NCBI GenBank assembly: GCA_963827755.1
Contig: CAWHCQ010000004.1
Coordinates: 96,001-160,000 of the forward strand
Reading direction: 5' to 3'
Length of the DNA stretch: 64,000 bases
Source of the DNA: an uncultured Gammaproteobacteria bacterium
GTDB lineage: Bacteria; Pseudomonadota; Gammaproteobacteria; UBA9214
In this document: piece by piece, positions 20,306-30,846 of the stretch
How the letters are laid out: each line of letters starts with the position of its first letter
How positions within the stretch are numbered: the stretch's first letter is position 1
Notes under the pieces: generated by a model
Database searches by the model: none
What the model was told of the DNA's origin: nothing
The model's input: only the letters and a program-made list of their open reading frames with translations
Position numbers and translations under genes: made by a program

Positions 20306-21958
20306 TTATGTAGCCTTTGCCCTGGTAAAATGATACTGGCCGAATATGCCGGTATTTTCCAGTTGTTGGGTGAGAATGATGGTTTCCTTGCGGCCCTCGT
20401 ATTCCAGTGTGGAAATACAGCCGACACGAAAGGGCAGGGACGGGAGCACCAGGCTGGCGGCCTGGTTAAGTGATTTCAGCTCCGGCAGCAAAATACCTTT
20501 CATCCTGATAGTGGTGCTTATGTCATCCCTGCATATACGGGTCCACACCGGGCGTGCCCCGGGCGACAGCATCTGCAGACCCAGCTCCAGCCCGCGTTCC
20601 CTGGTAAATTTTATCCTGCGGATTACACCAAGGTGCCAGTCCTGTGCGCCGTTATCCGCGGGAAACCTGACAGCGACAAGTTCTCCAACCCTGGCAGTGG
20701 TAGGGTCTGTACTGTCACAAAGCAGGCAGTAACCCCCGGCACTCATGTCTGCTATTTTCCATTCCTCGACCTGTAAGGGTGCAGCTTTACTGTGCGGGGA
20801 ATCAGTCTTGCCGGTAATGTTGCCGCCCATGTCCTTGAAGGGAAGGGTCCTGAAGCTGGTGGTGTTTTCGAAAGTGGGATCCTGCAGGTCCTGACTTTCA
20901 TCTTTTTCCTTTACTGTTACAGGCTGCTGAAAGAGGGCTTCGGTAGCCGACTCTTCCGCCAGCCGGTGTATGGAATCGAGCCCGACAATCAGGTTTACGG
21001 GGGTGACGGCCTGGTGACGGGAGAATCTGCGTTTCGGCATCACTCCCCAGGCAAGCATCAGTCGCCTCAGGGTTTCCTTGTCGCCGATACCGGTGTGTAC
21101 TCCGCTGGCACCGCTATCTTCGGCCACGCGGGCGCGCAGGATGCCTGCCATCTTTGAAGTGTCCAGTATGCGCCAGTAGTCATTTACCTGGTTGTCGCTG
21201 TTGAGTGCCCGGTAGGATGGCGGGTCGTCAGAGAGCAGGTTGATTGCAAACAGTCCGTCGTCCTTGCTGCTGGTAACGGATGACAGGCGTGTTGCAACGG
21301 CCCATTCAAGCAGTTCACTGTATATATGCTGTATTTCTTTTTGCCGCAAGCGATAGGGGTTTGCCAGCGATAACAGCAGGATTTGTTTGTACACCGTCTC
21401 GATTGTGCTCCTGGCGGATGAGGGTAAGGTCGTGTCGGTAACGATTTTTGATGCGACGCCTTCCTTCTCGGCAGCCGTGTAGAGCGTGTGGATGCTTTTC
21501 CAGAGTCCTGCCGGGTACTGCAGGTAAATCTGATAATTGGTCAGCAGGCATTCACTTGAGTAACGTATTGCACGATGGATGGCTGTTGCCAGTTGCTGCT
21601 TTTTGCCGGACATGCGTCCCAGGTCGGCGGCCATGATTTTATAAGCGGTTGCCATCCGGTTATAGAGTTCAAGACACTGCCTGGCCCTGGCCAGGTGCTT
21701 GTTAAGGAGCGGAACATGTTTGCCGAGAATTTTATTTTTTAATGCTTCGGTGACGCAGAGCACAGGTATGGATAACAGCTCCATGGCCGCATACCTGTCC
21801 GTTGGACTGATATCCAGTGTATTAATCTCTTCGAGAGCCTGATCGAGTAATTCCTGTGACTTGCCGGTATTGATTATCGGCAGATCTTCAATCCATTGCT
21901 TGACGGCTGCCGGGTTTGTGTCGAAGTCGTTTTCCCCGGGTTTTTTTCGCTTTGGCAA
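20306..21958 (-). CDS. FimW-like c-di-GMP receptor (PilZ-type motifs)
   Basis: Likely TTG start at 21958 after a GGAGG RBS; WIEDLP, LANPYRL, RRFSR (RxxxR), DMSAGG (DxSxxG); adjacent to fimX. Confidence 0.72.
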   Translation of the reverse strand: MPKRKKPGENDFDTNPAAVKQWIEDLPIINTGKSQELLDQALEEINTLDISPTDRYAAMELLSIPVLCVTEALKNKILGKHVPLLNKHLARARQCLELYNRMATAYKIMAADLGRMSGKKQQLATAIHRAIRYSSECLLTNYQIYLQYPAGLWKSIHTLYTAAEKEGVASKIVTDTTLPSSARSTIETVYKQILLLSLANPYRLRQKEIQHIYSELLEWAVATRLSSVTSSKDDGLFAINLLSDDPPSYRALNSDNQVNDYWRILDTSKMAGILRARVAEDSGASGVHTGIGDKETLRRLMLAWGVMPKRRFSRHQAVTPVNLIVGLDSIHRLAEESATEALFQQPVTVKEKDESQDLQDPTFENTTSFRTLPFKDMGGNITGKTDSPHSKAAPLQVEEWKIADMSAGGYCLLCDSTDPTTARVGELVAVRFPADNGAQDWHLGVIRRIKFTRERGLELGLQMLSPGARPVWTRICRDDISTTIRMKGILLPELKSLNQAASLVLPSLPFRVGCISTLEYEGRKETIILTQQLENTGIFGQYHFTRAKAT

Positions 21959-22033
21959 CTTATGTCCTCCCTCGTGATCTGCGCTGCGTGCCCGGGTAAA
22001 CCGGCGTGTTGCGCAAACGTGCAATAGCGATTT

Positions 22034-23083
22034 TCAGCTATTATATGCAAGCCGTGGTTCGATGTCAGGAACTGCGCCGGGGTAGATCGGTTTCTTGCCC
22101 GGCTCACCCGCCAGCTCCCGTACCAGCCGTGGAACAAGGTAGCCGGGCAGCGAGCGGTGCACCTCGTCCATCAGGGCAATTGCCGTTGCATCATCGACCT
22201 CGAAGTGGGCGGCGCCCTGCACCCTGTCCAGTTGATGCAGGTAGTAAGGCAGCACCCCGGCAGAGAACAGGGCTTCGCTCAGGCGAATCAGTGTTGCGGC
22301 GCTATCGTTGACGCCGCGCAGCAGCACGGACTGATTCAACAGGGTCACGCCGGCCAGTTTGAGGCGGCCCATTGCCTTGCTGACGTTTGCGTCAATTTCA
22401 TTTGGATGGTTGCAGTGTACGACCATGACAATGTGCAGTTTCTGTGCGTCAACCCAGGAGAGGAAACCCTCGTCAATCCGTTCCGGCAGGACGATGGGCA
22501 GGCGGGTATGGATACGCAGGGTGTGTAACCGGGGTAATTCAGCGAGGCGGATGCCGAGGGTGTGCAGTCGTGAATCCGGCAGTGACAACGGGTCGCCGCC
22601 GCTGAGGATGATTTCCCTGATGTCCGGGTTCCGCCCCAGCCAGTTGATCGACTGTTCCCAGTCATCTACCGCCGGGTTGGCCTCGTTGTAGGGAAAGTGG
22701 CGGCGGAAACAATAGCGGCAGTGTACGGCGCATGCACCCGTGGTCGTCAGCAATGCGCGACCCCTGTATTTCTGCAGCAGCCCGGGCACCTGCATGGCCT
22801 GTTGTTCGGCAAGCGGGTCAGGCAGGTAGTTGTCGCATTGCTGCATTTCGTCCTGCAGAGGCAACACCTGCCGCAGCAGCGGGTCATTGATATCGCCCCT
22901 GGTCATGCGCTTGATGAAGCCGCGCGGTACCCGTAGCGGAAAATTGCTGTCAAGTGGTAGTATGTTCATGGCTGCCGGGTCGATTTCCAGCAGACGCAGC
23001 AGTTCATCGGTCGACTTCACGGCCGCGGCCAGCAGCGATTGCCAGGTGGCCCTGTATTCCGCATTCGGTAATCCGGGTATCAT
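22034..23083 (-). CDS. epmB: EF-P beta-lysylation radical-SAM lysine 2,3-aminomutase
   Basis: CAVHCRYCFRRHFPY, ILSGGDPL, LNQSVLLRGVND, GYLVPRLV; divergent from efp. Confidence 0.95.
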   Translation of the reverse strand: MIPGLPNAEYRATWQSLLAAAVKSTDELLRLLEIDPAAMNILPLDSNFPLRVPRGFIKRMTRGDINDPLLRQVLPLQDEMQQCDNYLPDPLAEQQAMQVPGLLQKYRGRALLTTTGACAVHCRYCFRRHFPYNEANPAVDDWEQSINWLGRNPDIREIILSGGDPLSLPDSRLHTLGIRLAELPRLHTLRIHTRLPIVLPERIDEGFLSWVDAQKLHIVMVVHCNHPNEIDANVSKAMGRLKLAGVTLLNQSVLLRGVNDSAATLIRLSEALFSAGVLPYYLHQLDRVQGAAHFEVDDATAIALMDEVHRSLPGYLVPRLVRELAGEPGKKPIYPGAVPDIEPRLAYNS

Positions 23084-23128
23084 GGCGGGCGTTTTCCTGC
23101 TGTTTCAGCGACACAAGGTTAAAGACAT

Positions 23129-23698
23129 ATGGCATCTTACAGCACCAATGAGTTCAAGGGTGGCCTGAAAATCATGATTGATAATGATCCCTGCGCCATC
23201 ATTGAAAACGAATTTGTAAAGCCCGGCAAGGGTCAGGCCTTTAACCGGGTCAAGATCCGCAACCTGAGAAGCGGCCGGGTGATAGAGCGCACCTACAAGT
23301 CGGGCGAGACGGTCGAGGCCGCCGATGTCATGGATGTTGTGCTGCAGTATCTCTACTCGGACGGCGAATTCTGGCATTTTATGGATACCGAGACCTTCGA
23401 GCAGAAGGCGGCGGATTCAACGGCAGTCGGTGATGCCGTGAAATGGCTGAAAGAACAGGATATGTGCGAGGTGACCTTGTGGAACGGTACGCCACTGGTG
23501 ATTACTCCGCCCAACTTTGTCATGTTGACGGTTGCCGAAACCGATCCGGGCGTGCGCGGTGATACTTCCGGCGGTGGCGGCAAGCCGGCAACACTGGAAA
23601 CCGGGGCCGTGGTGCGCGTGCCGCTGTTTATTAATATTGGCGAGACGCTGAAAATCGATACCCGCACCGGGGAGTATGTCGGGCGGGCAAAAGAGTAA
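23129..23698 (+). CDS. efp: Elongation factor P
   Basis: [33 protein letters not shown]. Confidence 0.97.
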   Translation: MASYSTNEFKGGLKIMIDNDPCAIIENEFVKPGKGQAFNRVKIRNLRSGRVIERTYKSGETVEAADVMDVVLQYLYSDGEFWHFMDTETFEQKAADSTAVGDAVKWLKEQDMCEVTLWNGTPLVITPPNFVMLTVAETDPGVRGDTSGGGGKPATLETGAVVRVPLFINIGETLKIDTRTGEYVGRAKE

Positions 23699-24689
23699 CT
23701 TGCCGACTGACGATTCATGGAGGCCGGCGGCCTCGCTCGAGAACATCAGGCTCAGGGCACTGTTGCTTGCCCGTATCAGGCGCTTTTTTGCAGAGCGCGA
23801 CATCCTCGAAGTCGATACGCCGGCACTTTCCCGCGCCGCGACCACGGATCCTTCCCTGGCAAGCTTCAAGACCCGTTTCCATGGTCCCGGGCCGGCCTCC
23901 GCTGATACCTTCTACCTGCATACCTCGCCGGAATACCCGATGAAACGATTGCTGGCGGCGGGAGTCGGATCGATTTATCAAATCTGCAAGGTGTTTCGTG
24001 ACGGCGAATCCGGCAAGCGGCATAACCCTGAATTCACCCTTCTGGAGTGGTACCGGACAGGCTTTGACCATTTCGACCTGATGGACGAGGTTGAAAAACT
24101 GCTCACCGGGATTCTCTCCGGCATTGCGCCGGTCGAGTCTGTCTATCACTGGAGTTACCGGGAACTGTTCCTGGAATTTGCCGGTATCGATGTCACCACT
24201 GTTACAGAAGCCGAACTCGGCTCATTGCTGCAATCCGGCTACAACATTGATCCCGTTGGCATGACCGCTGCCGGCCTCGATGCCTGGCTGGACCTGACGA
24301 TGACGCACATCATCGAACCCCGGCTCGGACCGGGGCTGGTGTTCGTGCGTGATTATCCAGCGAGCCAGGCGGCGCTGGCGCGTCTGCGTCCCGGCACCCC
24401 CCCGGTGGCGGCGCGTTTCGAGGTCTACCTCGATGGCGTGGAACTGGCAAACGGATTTCATGAGCTTGCTGATGCCGGTGAACAGCGCCGCCGGCTCGAA
24501 CTGGAATCGAGGCGGCGTGAACTGGCAGGCGCCGATCCTGTCAGGATCGATGAAAATTTTCTCGCCGCGCTTGAAGCCGGGCTGCCGAACTGTGCAGGTG
24601 TCGCGCTGGGCCTGGATCGCCTGCTGATGCTTGCTGCCGGCGCCGACAGCCTGCGTGATGTCATCGCTTTTCCGTTCGAATCGGCCTGA
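23676..24689 (+). CDS. epmA: EF-P lysine aminoacylase (start may be TTG 23700)
   Basis: [42 protein letters not shown]. Confidence 0.95.
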   Translation: MSGGQKSNLPTDDSWRPAASLENIRLRALLLARIRRFFAERDILEVDTPALSRAATTDPSLASFKTRFHGPGPASADTFYLHTSPEYPMKRLLAAGVGSIYQICKVFRDGESGKRHNPEFTLLEWYRTGFDHFDLMDEVEKLLTGILSGIAPVESVYHWSYRELFLEFAGIDVTTVTEAELGSLLQSGYNIDPVGMTAAGLDAWLDLTMTHIIEPRLGPGLVFVRDYPASQAALARLRPGTPPVAARFEVYLDGVELANGFHELADAGEQRRRLELESRRRELAGADPVRIDENFLAALEAGLPNCAGVALGLDRLLMLAAGADSLRDVIAFPFESA

Positions 24690-24739
24690 ATCGGCCTGCA
24701 TGGCTTGTAACCGGGCGGCGCATCTCCGACACTTCGCAT

Positions 24740-25855
24740 ATGGATGATCCTGACAACCAGGCTGCGCGTATTACGCTGGAGGCGGATGCGCTGGTCTGTA
24801 ACAGCCGCTGGACCGTCAATACCATCGCCCCCCTGAGTAACTCGCTCGACACCCTGCTGATGCCGAAGGCGATTGCCGTGCGCATCGATGCGGGCGGGAT
24901 TTCCTCGCTGGATACGGCGGGTGCCTGGTTGTTGCTGCAAATCAGGCGGCATCTGCAGGCTGCCGGCCGGCAAGTGCGTTTTGAGGGACTTGCTCCGGAG
25001 CAGGACCGCCTGATCGAATTTGTATCCGCTGCAAGCCGCGAAGCCGATCACGCTGCCGCGCCGCGCAGGGCGGCAACTGCCGGGGAGAAAGGGCGGGCAG
25101 TGGCCGCTGACCTTGTCCGTTTCCTCGCGTTTTTCGGCGAGACCATGGTGTCGCTGTTCAGCGCCCTGCGCAGGCCGGGCAAGATTCGCTGGCAGGAAAT
25201 ATTCTCCGAGGTCCATGAAACCGGTGTCAAGGCGCTGCCGATCATCGGGCTGCTGTCATTCCTGATGGGTGTGGTGTTTGCCTACCTGGGCGCCGTGCAG
25301 CTGAAGCTGTACGGTGCGAATATTTATATAGCCGACATGGTCGGTTATTCAATGTTGCGCGAACTCGCTCCCTTTCTTACTGCCATTCTTGTCTGTGGAC
25401 GCACCGGGTCGGCGTTTACCGCGCAGATAGGTACCATGAAGGTGCGCGAAGAGGTCGATGCCCTGCAGACGATCGGCATATCGCCGATCGAGATGCTGGT
25501 ATTGCCCAAGTTGCTGGGGCTGTTGCTGGTTATGCCGCTGGCCGCGGTGTATGCCGATATACTTTCCGTGTTCGGTGGCATGGTGATGGCAAACGCGCAG
25601 CTTGGACTTGGATTTGGCGCCTTTATAGGACGGCTTGAAGAGGCGATCACCTATACAACCTTCATGCTCGGCCTTTGCAAGACGCCCGTGTTCGCGGCGA
25701 TTATCGCCATTGTCGGCTGTTACCAGGGGTTTCGCGTGATGGGTAGTGCGGAGAGCGTCGGCAGGCGTACGACTATCAGTGTTGTGCAGTCGATGTTCCT
25801 GGTGATTGTAACCGACGCGTTGTTTTCGGTGCTCTTCAGCATCATTGGAGTGTAG
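24740..25855 (+). CDS. MlaE-family ABC permease with N-terminal STAS domain
   Basis: LDTAGAWLL (STAS), LRELAP..TAI..GRTGSAFTAQIGTMKVREEVDAL. Confidence 0.92.
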   Translation: MDDPDNQAARITLEADALVCNSRWTVNTIAPLSNSLDTLLMPKAIAVRIDAGGISSLDTAGAWLLLQIRRHLQAAGRQVRFEGLAPEQDRLIEFVSAASREADHAAAPRRAATAGEKGRAVAADLVRFLAFFGETMVSLFSALRRPGKIRWQEIFSEVHETGVKALPIIGLLSFLMGVVFAYLGAVQLKLYGANIYIADMVGYSMLRELAPFLTAILVCGRTGSAFTAQIGTMKVREEVDALQTIGISPIEMLVLPKLLGLLLVMPLAAVYADILSVFGGMVMANAQLGLGFGAFIGRLEEAITYTTFMLGLCKTPVFAAIIAIVGCYQGFRVMGSAESVGRRTTISVVQSMFLVIVTDALFSVLFSIIGV

Positions 25856-25860
25856 CGGCA

Positions 25861-26682
25861 ATGGCGCCAGGTCAGTCGGGAGGACCGGTTGCGGAGACTG
25901 CAGATTCCAGTGATGCGGTCATCAGTATTCGCGGACTCCGGACCGCGTTCGGCCCCCGCGTTATCCATGACGGTATCGATCTCGATGTCTATCGCGGCGA
26001 GGTACTGGCGCTGGTGGGGGGCAGCGGCAGCGGCAAGACCGTCTTGTTGCGCGAAATGATCATGCTGCATCAAATGAACGCAGGCTCCATCCGCCTGTTC
26101 GGCACCTCGATTACCGGAATATCCGGGCATATGGCGCAGCAGCTGCGCAGCCGGATCGGTGTGCTGTTTCAGCAGGGGGCCTTGTTCAGCAGCCTGACCG
26201 TACTGGAGAATGTCGGTTTCCCGTTGCGCGAACATACGCATCTCGATAAAAGCGTGATCGATTCACTGGCGCGCGTGAAGATAGTCCAGGCCGGTCTGCA
26301 GCCTGAGGCCGGCCCGCTCTATCCGAGTGAGCTGAGTGGTGGCATGATCAAGCGGGCTGCGCTGGCGCGGGCGATGGTGCTGGATCCGGAGCTGCTGTTC
26401 CTCGATGAACCGACTTCCGGGCTCGATCCCAACAGCGCCGGTTCTTTTGACGAGCTGGTTCTGAAGCTCAAGGACCTGCTCGGACTGACCATCGTGATGG
26501 TAACTCATGACCTTGATTCCCTGTGGACGGTTGCAGATCGGGTTGCGGTGCTTGGTGGTGGTAAACTCCAGGGAGTCGACTCCATGCAGGTGTTGTCTTC
26601 ATCAACGGAACCGCATATCCGCGAATATTTTCAAGGCCCGCGTGCCCGTAATGCGCAGGAGCGCAAATGGAAAGGAAAGTAA
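25861..26682 (+). CDS. MlaF-like ABC ATP-binding protein
   Basis: GGSGSGKT, LSGGMIKR, LFLDEPTSGLDP. Confidence 0.93.
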   Translation: MAPGQSGGPVAETADSSDAVISIRGLRTAFGPRVIHDGIDLDVYRGEVLALVGGSGSGKTVLLREMIMLHQMNAGSIRLFGTSITGISGHMAQQLRSRIGVLFQQGALFSSLTVLENVGFPLREHTHLDKSVIDSLARVKIVQAGLQPEAGPLYPSELSGGMIKRAALARAMVLDPELLFLDEPTSGLDPNSAGSFDELVLKLKDLLGLTIVMVTHDLDSLWTVADRVAVLGGGKLQGVDSMQVLSSSTEPHIREYFQGPRARNAQERKWKGK

Positions 26683-27548
26683 ATTACGCAGTGGTCGGAT
26701 TGTTTGTCATCCTGCTGGGAGCTGCCTTTCTGGCGATCAGCCTGTGGCTGGCGGTCGGCGAATTTTCCGGAAATTTCACCCGTTATCACGTGTTTGTGGA
26801 TGAATCGGTATCGGGTCTCTACCGGGATGCGCCGGTTAAGTATCGTGGCGTGGAAATCGGCAAGGTGCGGGAGATCGAACTGAACCCGCTGGTGCCGGAC
26901 CAGGTGCAACTCACGCTTGATATAAAGTCCAATGTTCCTATCAGGCAGGATACTGTCGCGTTGCTCACCGTGCAGGGCCTGACCGGTGTTGCCTTCATCG
27001 ACCTGACCGGGGGAAGTCTGGCTTCACCATCCCTGGAAGCGGAAGCTGACCAGATTTACCCGGTCATAAAGAGCGGCCCGTCTTTTTTTTCCAGGCTTGA
27101 TGAATCAGGCAGTGACCTGATTAAAAACCTGAATGTACTGACCAAAGGCATCACGGAGTTGCTTGATGAAGAAGAAAGGCAGGCGATCAAACAGACCATT
27201 CGAAATATCAGGGATATCACGGCCGAGTTGGCCGGTAACAGGGATGACCTCGGGACGGGCATGGCTCGTATGCCGGGGCTGCTGGAACAGATCGATGTAA
27301 CCGCCCGGGAATTCGAGCAGATGGCCAGGAAGGTGGCCGTGACCAGTGAAAACATCAACCGTTATATCGGCAGCAGCGGCGCGGGCGTGCAACAATTCAG
27401 CCAGCAGACCCTGCCGGAATTCGCGGCGCTCATCGGCGAACTGCGCCGGCTGGCGGATACCATGCAGGGTCTTGGCCAGAAGCTCGAGGAAGACCCGCGC
27501 GTGCTGCTCTACGGGCGTACTCTCGAAGTTCCGGGACCGGGGGAATAA
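26667..27548 (+). CDS. MlaD/MCE-domain protein
   Basis: N-terminal TM, SVSGL...VKYRGVEIGKV, helical C-terminus. Confidence 0.9.
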   Translation: MERKVNYAVVGLFVILLGAAFLAISLWLAVGEFSGNFTRYHVFVDESVSGLYRDAPVKYRGVEIGKVREIELNPLVPDQVQLTLDIKSNVPIRQDTVALLTVQGLTGVAFIDLTGGSLASPSLEAEADQIYPVIKSGPSFFSRLDESGSDLIKNLNVLTKGITELLDEEERQAIKQTIRNIRDITAELAGNRDDLGTGMARMPGLLEQIDVTAREFEQMARKVAVTSENINRYIGSSGAGVQQFSQQTLPEFAALIGELRRLADTMQGLGQKLEEDPRVLLYGRTLEVPGPGE

Positions 27549-27551
27549 ACG

Positions 27552-28166
27552 ATGACAGTAATGAGAGGCCTGCTCTGTTTTCTCGCAATTACCGGCTTGC
27601 TGACCGGCTGCTCGATATTGCCGAAGCCCGCACCGGTCGGCATCGACCAGTATCTGCTTGAGTATACATCCACCCCGCAGGTAACCCGGCAGATCCCGAA
27701 GGACGCCCCGGTGATCCTGATTGCCGTCCCCAGGGCGCACGGTGGTTATGACACCCCGCGCATTGCCTATATGCGGGAAGATTATGGCTTGCGCTATTAC
27801 ACCCGCAGTCGCTGGGCAGATACCCCGGCGCGCATGCTTGCCCCCTTGCTGGCGGATGCCGTGCAGGCGAGCGGCCAGTTTCACGCCTTGTATGCGACAC
27901 CGGGTTCGCTTGCCGCGGATATGCGGCTCGATACAGAGCTGGTTCGTTTCCACCAGGATTTCAGGAAGCAACCCAGCGAAATGCACATTACCATGCGCGC
28001 ACAGCTCATTGATCTTGACAAGGGCAGGGTCATTGCCACCTGGCTTGTCGATCGAACCGCGCAGGCGGATACGGATAACGCCTATGGCGGTGTCGTCGCG
28101 GCGAACCGGCTGCTTGGCCAGGTACTGGATGAGCTGGCACGCTTTTGCGTAAGCAACCGGCCATGA
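27552..28166 (+). CDS. ABC-type transport auxiliary lipoprotein (PqiC-like)
   Basis: Lipobox LTGC, IAY, RWADTP; operon position. Confidence 0.85.
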   Translation: MTVMRGLLCFLAITGLLTGCSILPKPAPVGIDQYLLEYTSTPQVTRQIPKDAPVILIAVPRAHGGYDTPRIAYMREDYGLRYYTRSRWADTPARMLAPLLADAVQASGQFHALYATPGSLAADMRLDTELVRFHQDFRKQPSEMHITMRAQLIDLDKGRVIATWLVDRTAQADTDNAYGGVVAANRLLGQVLDELARFCVSNRP

Positions 28167-28188
28167 TTGCCTGCGGGGTGCTGCCGCC

Positions 28189-28914
28189 ATGTTAGGCAGC
28201 ATTCGCGTGGTGCTGGTAAACACCAGCCACCCGGGAAATATCGGCGCGGCTGCACGGGCCATGAAGACCATGGGTCTGACGCGGTTATCTCTCGTCAAAC
28301 CGGCACGCTACCCTGATGCGGAAGCAACCGCGCGCTCCTCCGGTGCAAATGATGTGCTGGCAAATGCACCTGTTTATGAAGATGTAGACGAGGCGTTGCA
28401 GGGTTGCCGTTTCGTGGTTGGCGCCAGTGCGCGCTCACGCAGTATCCCGGTCCCGCTGGTCGACCCGGGCGAGTGTGCAGCAATGCTGCGTACGGAAAGT
28501 GAAACAGCCGAGGTGGCGCTGCTGTTCGGTTGTGAGCGCGCGGGGCTGAGCAACCCGGAGATTGACCGCTGTAATTACCTGGTGCAGATCCCGACAAGTC
28601 CGGCCTACAGTTCCCTGAACCTGGCGGCCGCGGTACAGATTATCTGCTACGAAATATTCAAGGCCCATGCCGGCGAATCTGCCCTGCAAGCCCCGCCCGA
28701 ACATGTACCGGTTGCGGCCGATGAAATGGAGCGGTTCTACCGGCATCTCGAAGAGACGCTGGTTGCGCTTGATTTTCTCGATCGATCCAATCCGCGCATG
28801 CTGATGCGCCGCTTGCGCCGTTTATACAACCGCGCGCGTCCTGATGCGAATGAAGTGAATATTCTGCGCGGCATCCTCACGGCGGCCGGGCAGGGCGGTA
28901 AACAGAACGGCTGA
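28189..28914 (+). CDS. trmJ: tRNA (C/U32) 2'-O-methyltransferase
   Basis: HPGNIGAAARAMKTMG, FGCERAGLSN, SSLNLAAAVQ, EVNILRGIL. Confidence 0.93.
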   Translation: MLGSIRVVLVNTSHPGNIGAAARAMKTMGLTRLSLVKPARYPDAEATARSSGANDVLANAPVYEDVDEALQGCRFVVGASARSRSIPVPLVDPGECAAMLRTESETAEVALLFGCERAGLSNPEIDRCNYLVQIPTSPAYSSLNLAAAVQIICYEIFKAHAGESALQAPPEHVPVAADEMERFYRHLEETLVALDFLDRSNPRMLMRRLRRLYNRARPDANEVNILRGILTAAGQGGKQNG

Positions 28915-29045
28915 CCGGTTATCCTGTCCATGCAGACCACCTTGGCATACACTGTAGTGCGGCGCAGCATTAATGCCGGAAACAGTTTTATTCGATGCTG
29001 GATGGTATCTGCACATGTATCCTGACTTGATGCAAGTAAAAGACT

Positions 29046-29876
29046 ATGTTTGACAGAATCCGTGAAGATGTACGCTCGGTATTCGAGCGTGACCCGGCTG
29101 CACGTAATTCCCTGGACGTATTGACGACCTACCCGGGTATACATGCCGTGTTGTTTCATCGCCTCAATCATGCCCTGTGGATACACGGGTTCAACTGGCT
29201 TGCACGTTTTTTGTCCAATATCCCGCGCTGGTATACGGGTATTGAAATTCATCCGGGTGCGGTAATCGGGCGGCGGTTTTTTATCGATCATGGCATGGGT
29301 GTGGTGATCGGGGAGACGACCGAGATCGGCGACGACTGCACGCTGTATCACGGGGTTACCCTGGGCGGTACCAGCTGGGACAAGGGCAAGCGCCATCCAA
29401 CACTGGGAAACAACGTGGTCATCGGCGCAGGTGCCAAGGTGCTGGGGCCGATTCACATCGGTGATAATTCACGTATCGGGTCCAACGCCGTTGTCCTCAA
29501 CAGCGTTGCAGCCGGATCAACCGTGGTCGGTGTACCGGGTCGCCTCGTCACCGCGGCAAAGCCGGCCGGGCCTGTGCCGGTTGATGAAAAGCGCCAGGCG
29601 ATTGCGAAGAAAATGGGATTCGATGCCTATGGCGCCACCAGTGACATGCCGGATCCGGTTGCCACGGCAGTGAACGGCATCCTCGACCATATCCATGTCA
29701 TGGACAAACGCATGGAGGAAATGTGCAAGGGCTTAAAAGACATGGGTGCGGAAGTTGGTGATCTCGATTTACCCGATATCGATTCATGCGAATTAAAGCA
29801 TACAGAAGATGAGGGAATAGAGGAGCTCGACACAGGTACCGTCAGGTACAGGACAGGTGAGTCCCCTGATTCTTGA
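29046..29876 (+). CDS. cysE: Serine O-acetyltransferase
   Basis: [35 protein letters not shown]. Confidence 0.95.
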   Translation: MFDRIREDVRSVFERDPAARNSLDVLTTYPGIHAVLFHRLNHALWIHGFNWLARFLSNIPRWYTGIEIHPGAVIGRRFFIDHGMGVVIGETTEIGDDCTLYHGVTLGGTSWDKGKRHPTLGNNVVIGAGAKVLGPIHIGDNSRIGSNAVVLNSVAAGSTVVGVPGRLVTAAKPAGPVPVDEKRQAIAKKMGFDAYGATSDMPDPVATAVNGILDHIHVMDKRMEEMCKGLKDMGAEVGDLDLPDIDSCELKHTEDEGIEELDTGTVRYRTGESPDS

Positions 29877-29931
29877 CCTGCCATACTGCATGTGACAGAT
29901 TGGCGCAGCAACGTTATGCGGATATAAAATT

Positions 29932-30414
29932 TTGAAACTGACAAGTAAAGGGCGTTACGCCGTAACCGCGATACTCGATCTGGCTTTTCATTCGGGAGCG
30001 GGCCCGGTTTCGCTGTCTGAAATTTCAAAACGTCAGGATATTTCACTGTCCTACCTGGAGCAGCTGTTTACCCGTTTGCGCAAGCAACAGATTGTAAGCA
30101 GTACGCGTGGTCCGGGGGGAGGCTACGTCCTGCAGCGGCCACCCGGGCAGATTGCAGTCGCGGATGTGATTTCAGCCGTTGATGAAATTGTCGCCACGGG
30201 ATGTGCCAACGAGGGAGATTGCAGGGATGGCGAACAATGTCTGGCACACGAGTTATGGGTTGAGCTCAGCCAGCAAATTCACGGCTTTCTTGATGGCATC
30301 AGCATTCAGGACCTGATGGATGAGGGCAGTATCCAGCAGGTTGCCCGGCGCCAGGACGGCGAATCCGGCAACGATCCCGGTGTCCAGGTAACCAGCCCCC
30401 CGGGGCGCCGCTAG
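29932..30414 (+). CDS. iscR: Rrf2-family Fe-S regulator IscR
   Basis: KLTSKGRYAV, SYLEQLF, RGPGGGY, and Fe-S ligands C-x5-C-x5-C-x2-H; follows trmJ-cysE. Confidence 0.85.
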   Translation: MKLTSKGRYAVTAILDLAFHSGAGPVSLSEISKRQDISLSYLEQLFTRLRKQQIVSSTRGPGGGYVLQRPPGQIAVADVISAVDEIVATGCANEGDCRDGEQCLAHELWVELSQQIHGFLDGISIQDLMDEGSIQQVARRQDGESGNDPGVQVTSPPGRR

Positions 30415-30483
30415 TCACAGTCAGCACCCGGGCGCCTGGTTCCAGGCTGAAAAACCCGGTTTTCGAGCATTATTTACCCTGTT

Positions 30484-30499
30484 TGTGATCCACATCACA
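30484..30499. promoter_or_regulatory. CRP-family binding site
   Basis: Exact TGTGA-N6-TCACA (TGTGA tccaca TCACA). Confidence 0.6.
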
Positions 30500-30583
30500 C
30501 CCGTCTGTGTACCAGTTCACGGCGAATCAGCGGGCACTGCCGATAAGATAATCACCAATGAAACACAAATGCAGGTGATCGAC

Positions 30584-30739
30584 ATGCACAAATGGTTCGT
30601 AATTCTGGCAGTGGTTTTTTTTATGGGTGACCCGAGCCTGGGCTTTCTGGAGTACATTCAGAACGGCAGGGATTACCTGATTGCAATCACGGTTTCCCTT
30701 TTTGCCGCTCCCTGGGTTATTGCACATCTTGATAACTGA
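30584..30739 (+). CDS. Small hydrophobic membrane protein (51 aa)
   Basis: AGGTGA RBS, two hydrophobic segments, CRP-type site upstream. Confidence 0.55.
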   Translation: MHKWFVILAVVFFMGDPSLGFLEYIQNGRDYLIAITVSLFAAPWVIAHLDN

Positions 30740-30846
30740 CCTTGACGGTTGAAGGCACCGACCCCGACATCCGTGTGGTTTCCTCTTTCGCCGGCCCTGT
30801 TGTCAGTAACAGGGCCGGCATCTTCATGCAGACACCAGTACCCTGT

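Noticed and set aside
24740-28166. MCE ABC operon (and the RND pump at 33161-38952) as novel systems
   Set aside because: Both have standard, widely distributed architectures.
29870-29900. IscR autoregulatory site before iscR
   Set aside because: Only TTGACC matches; the rest of the type-1 motif is absent.
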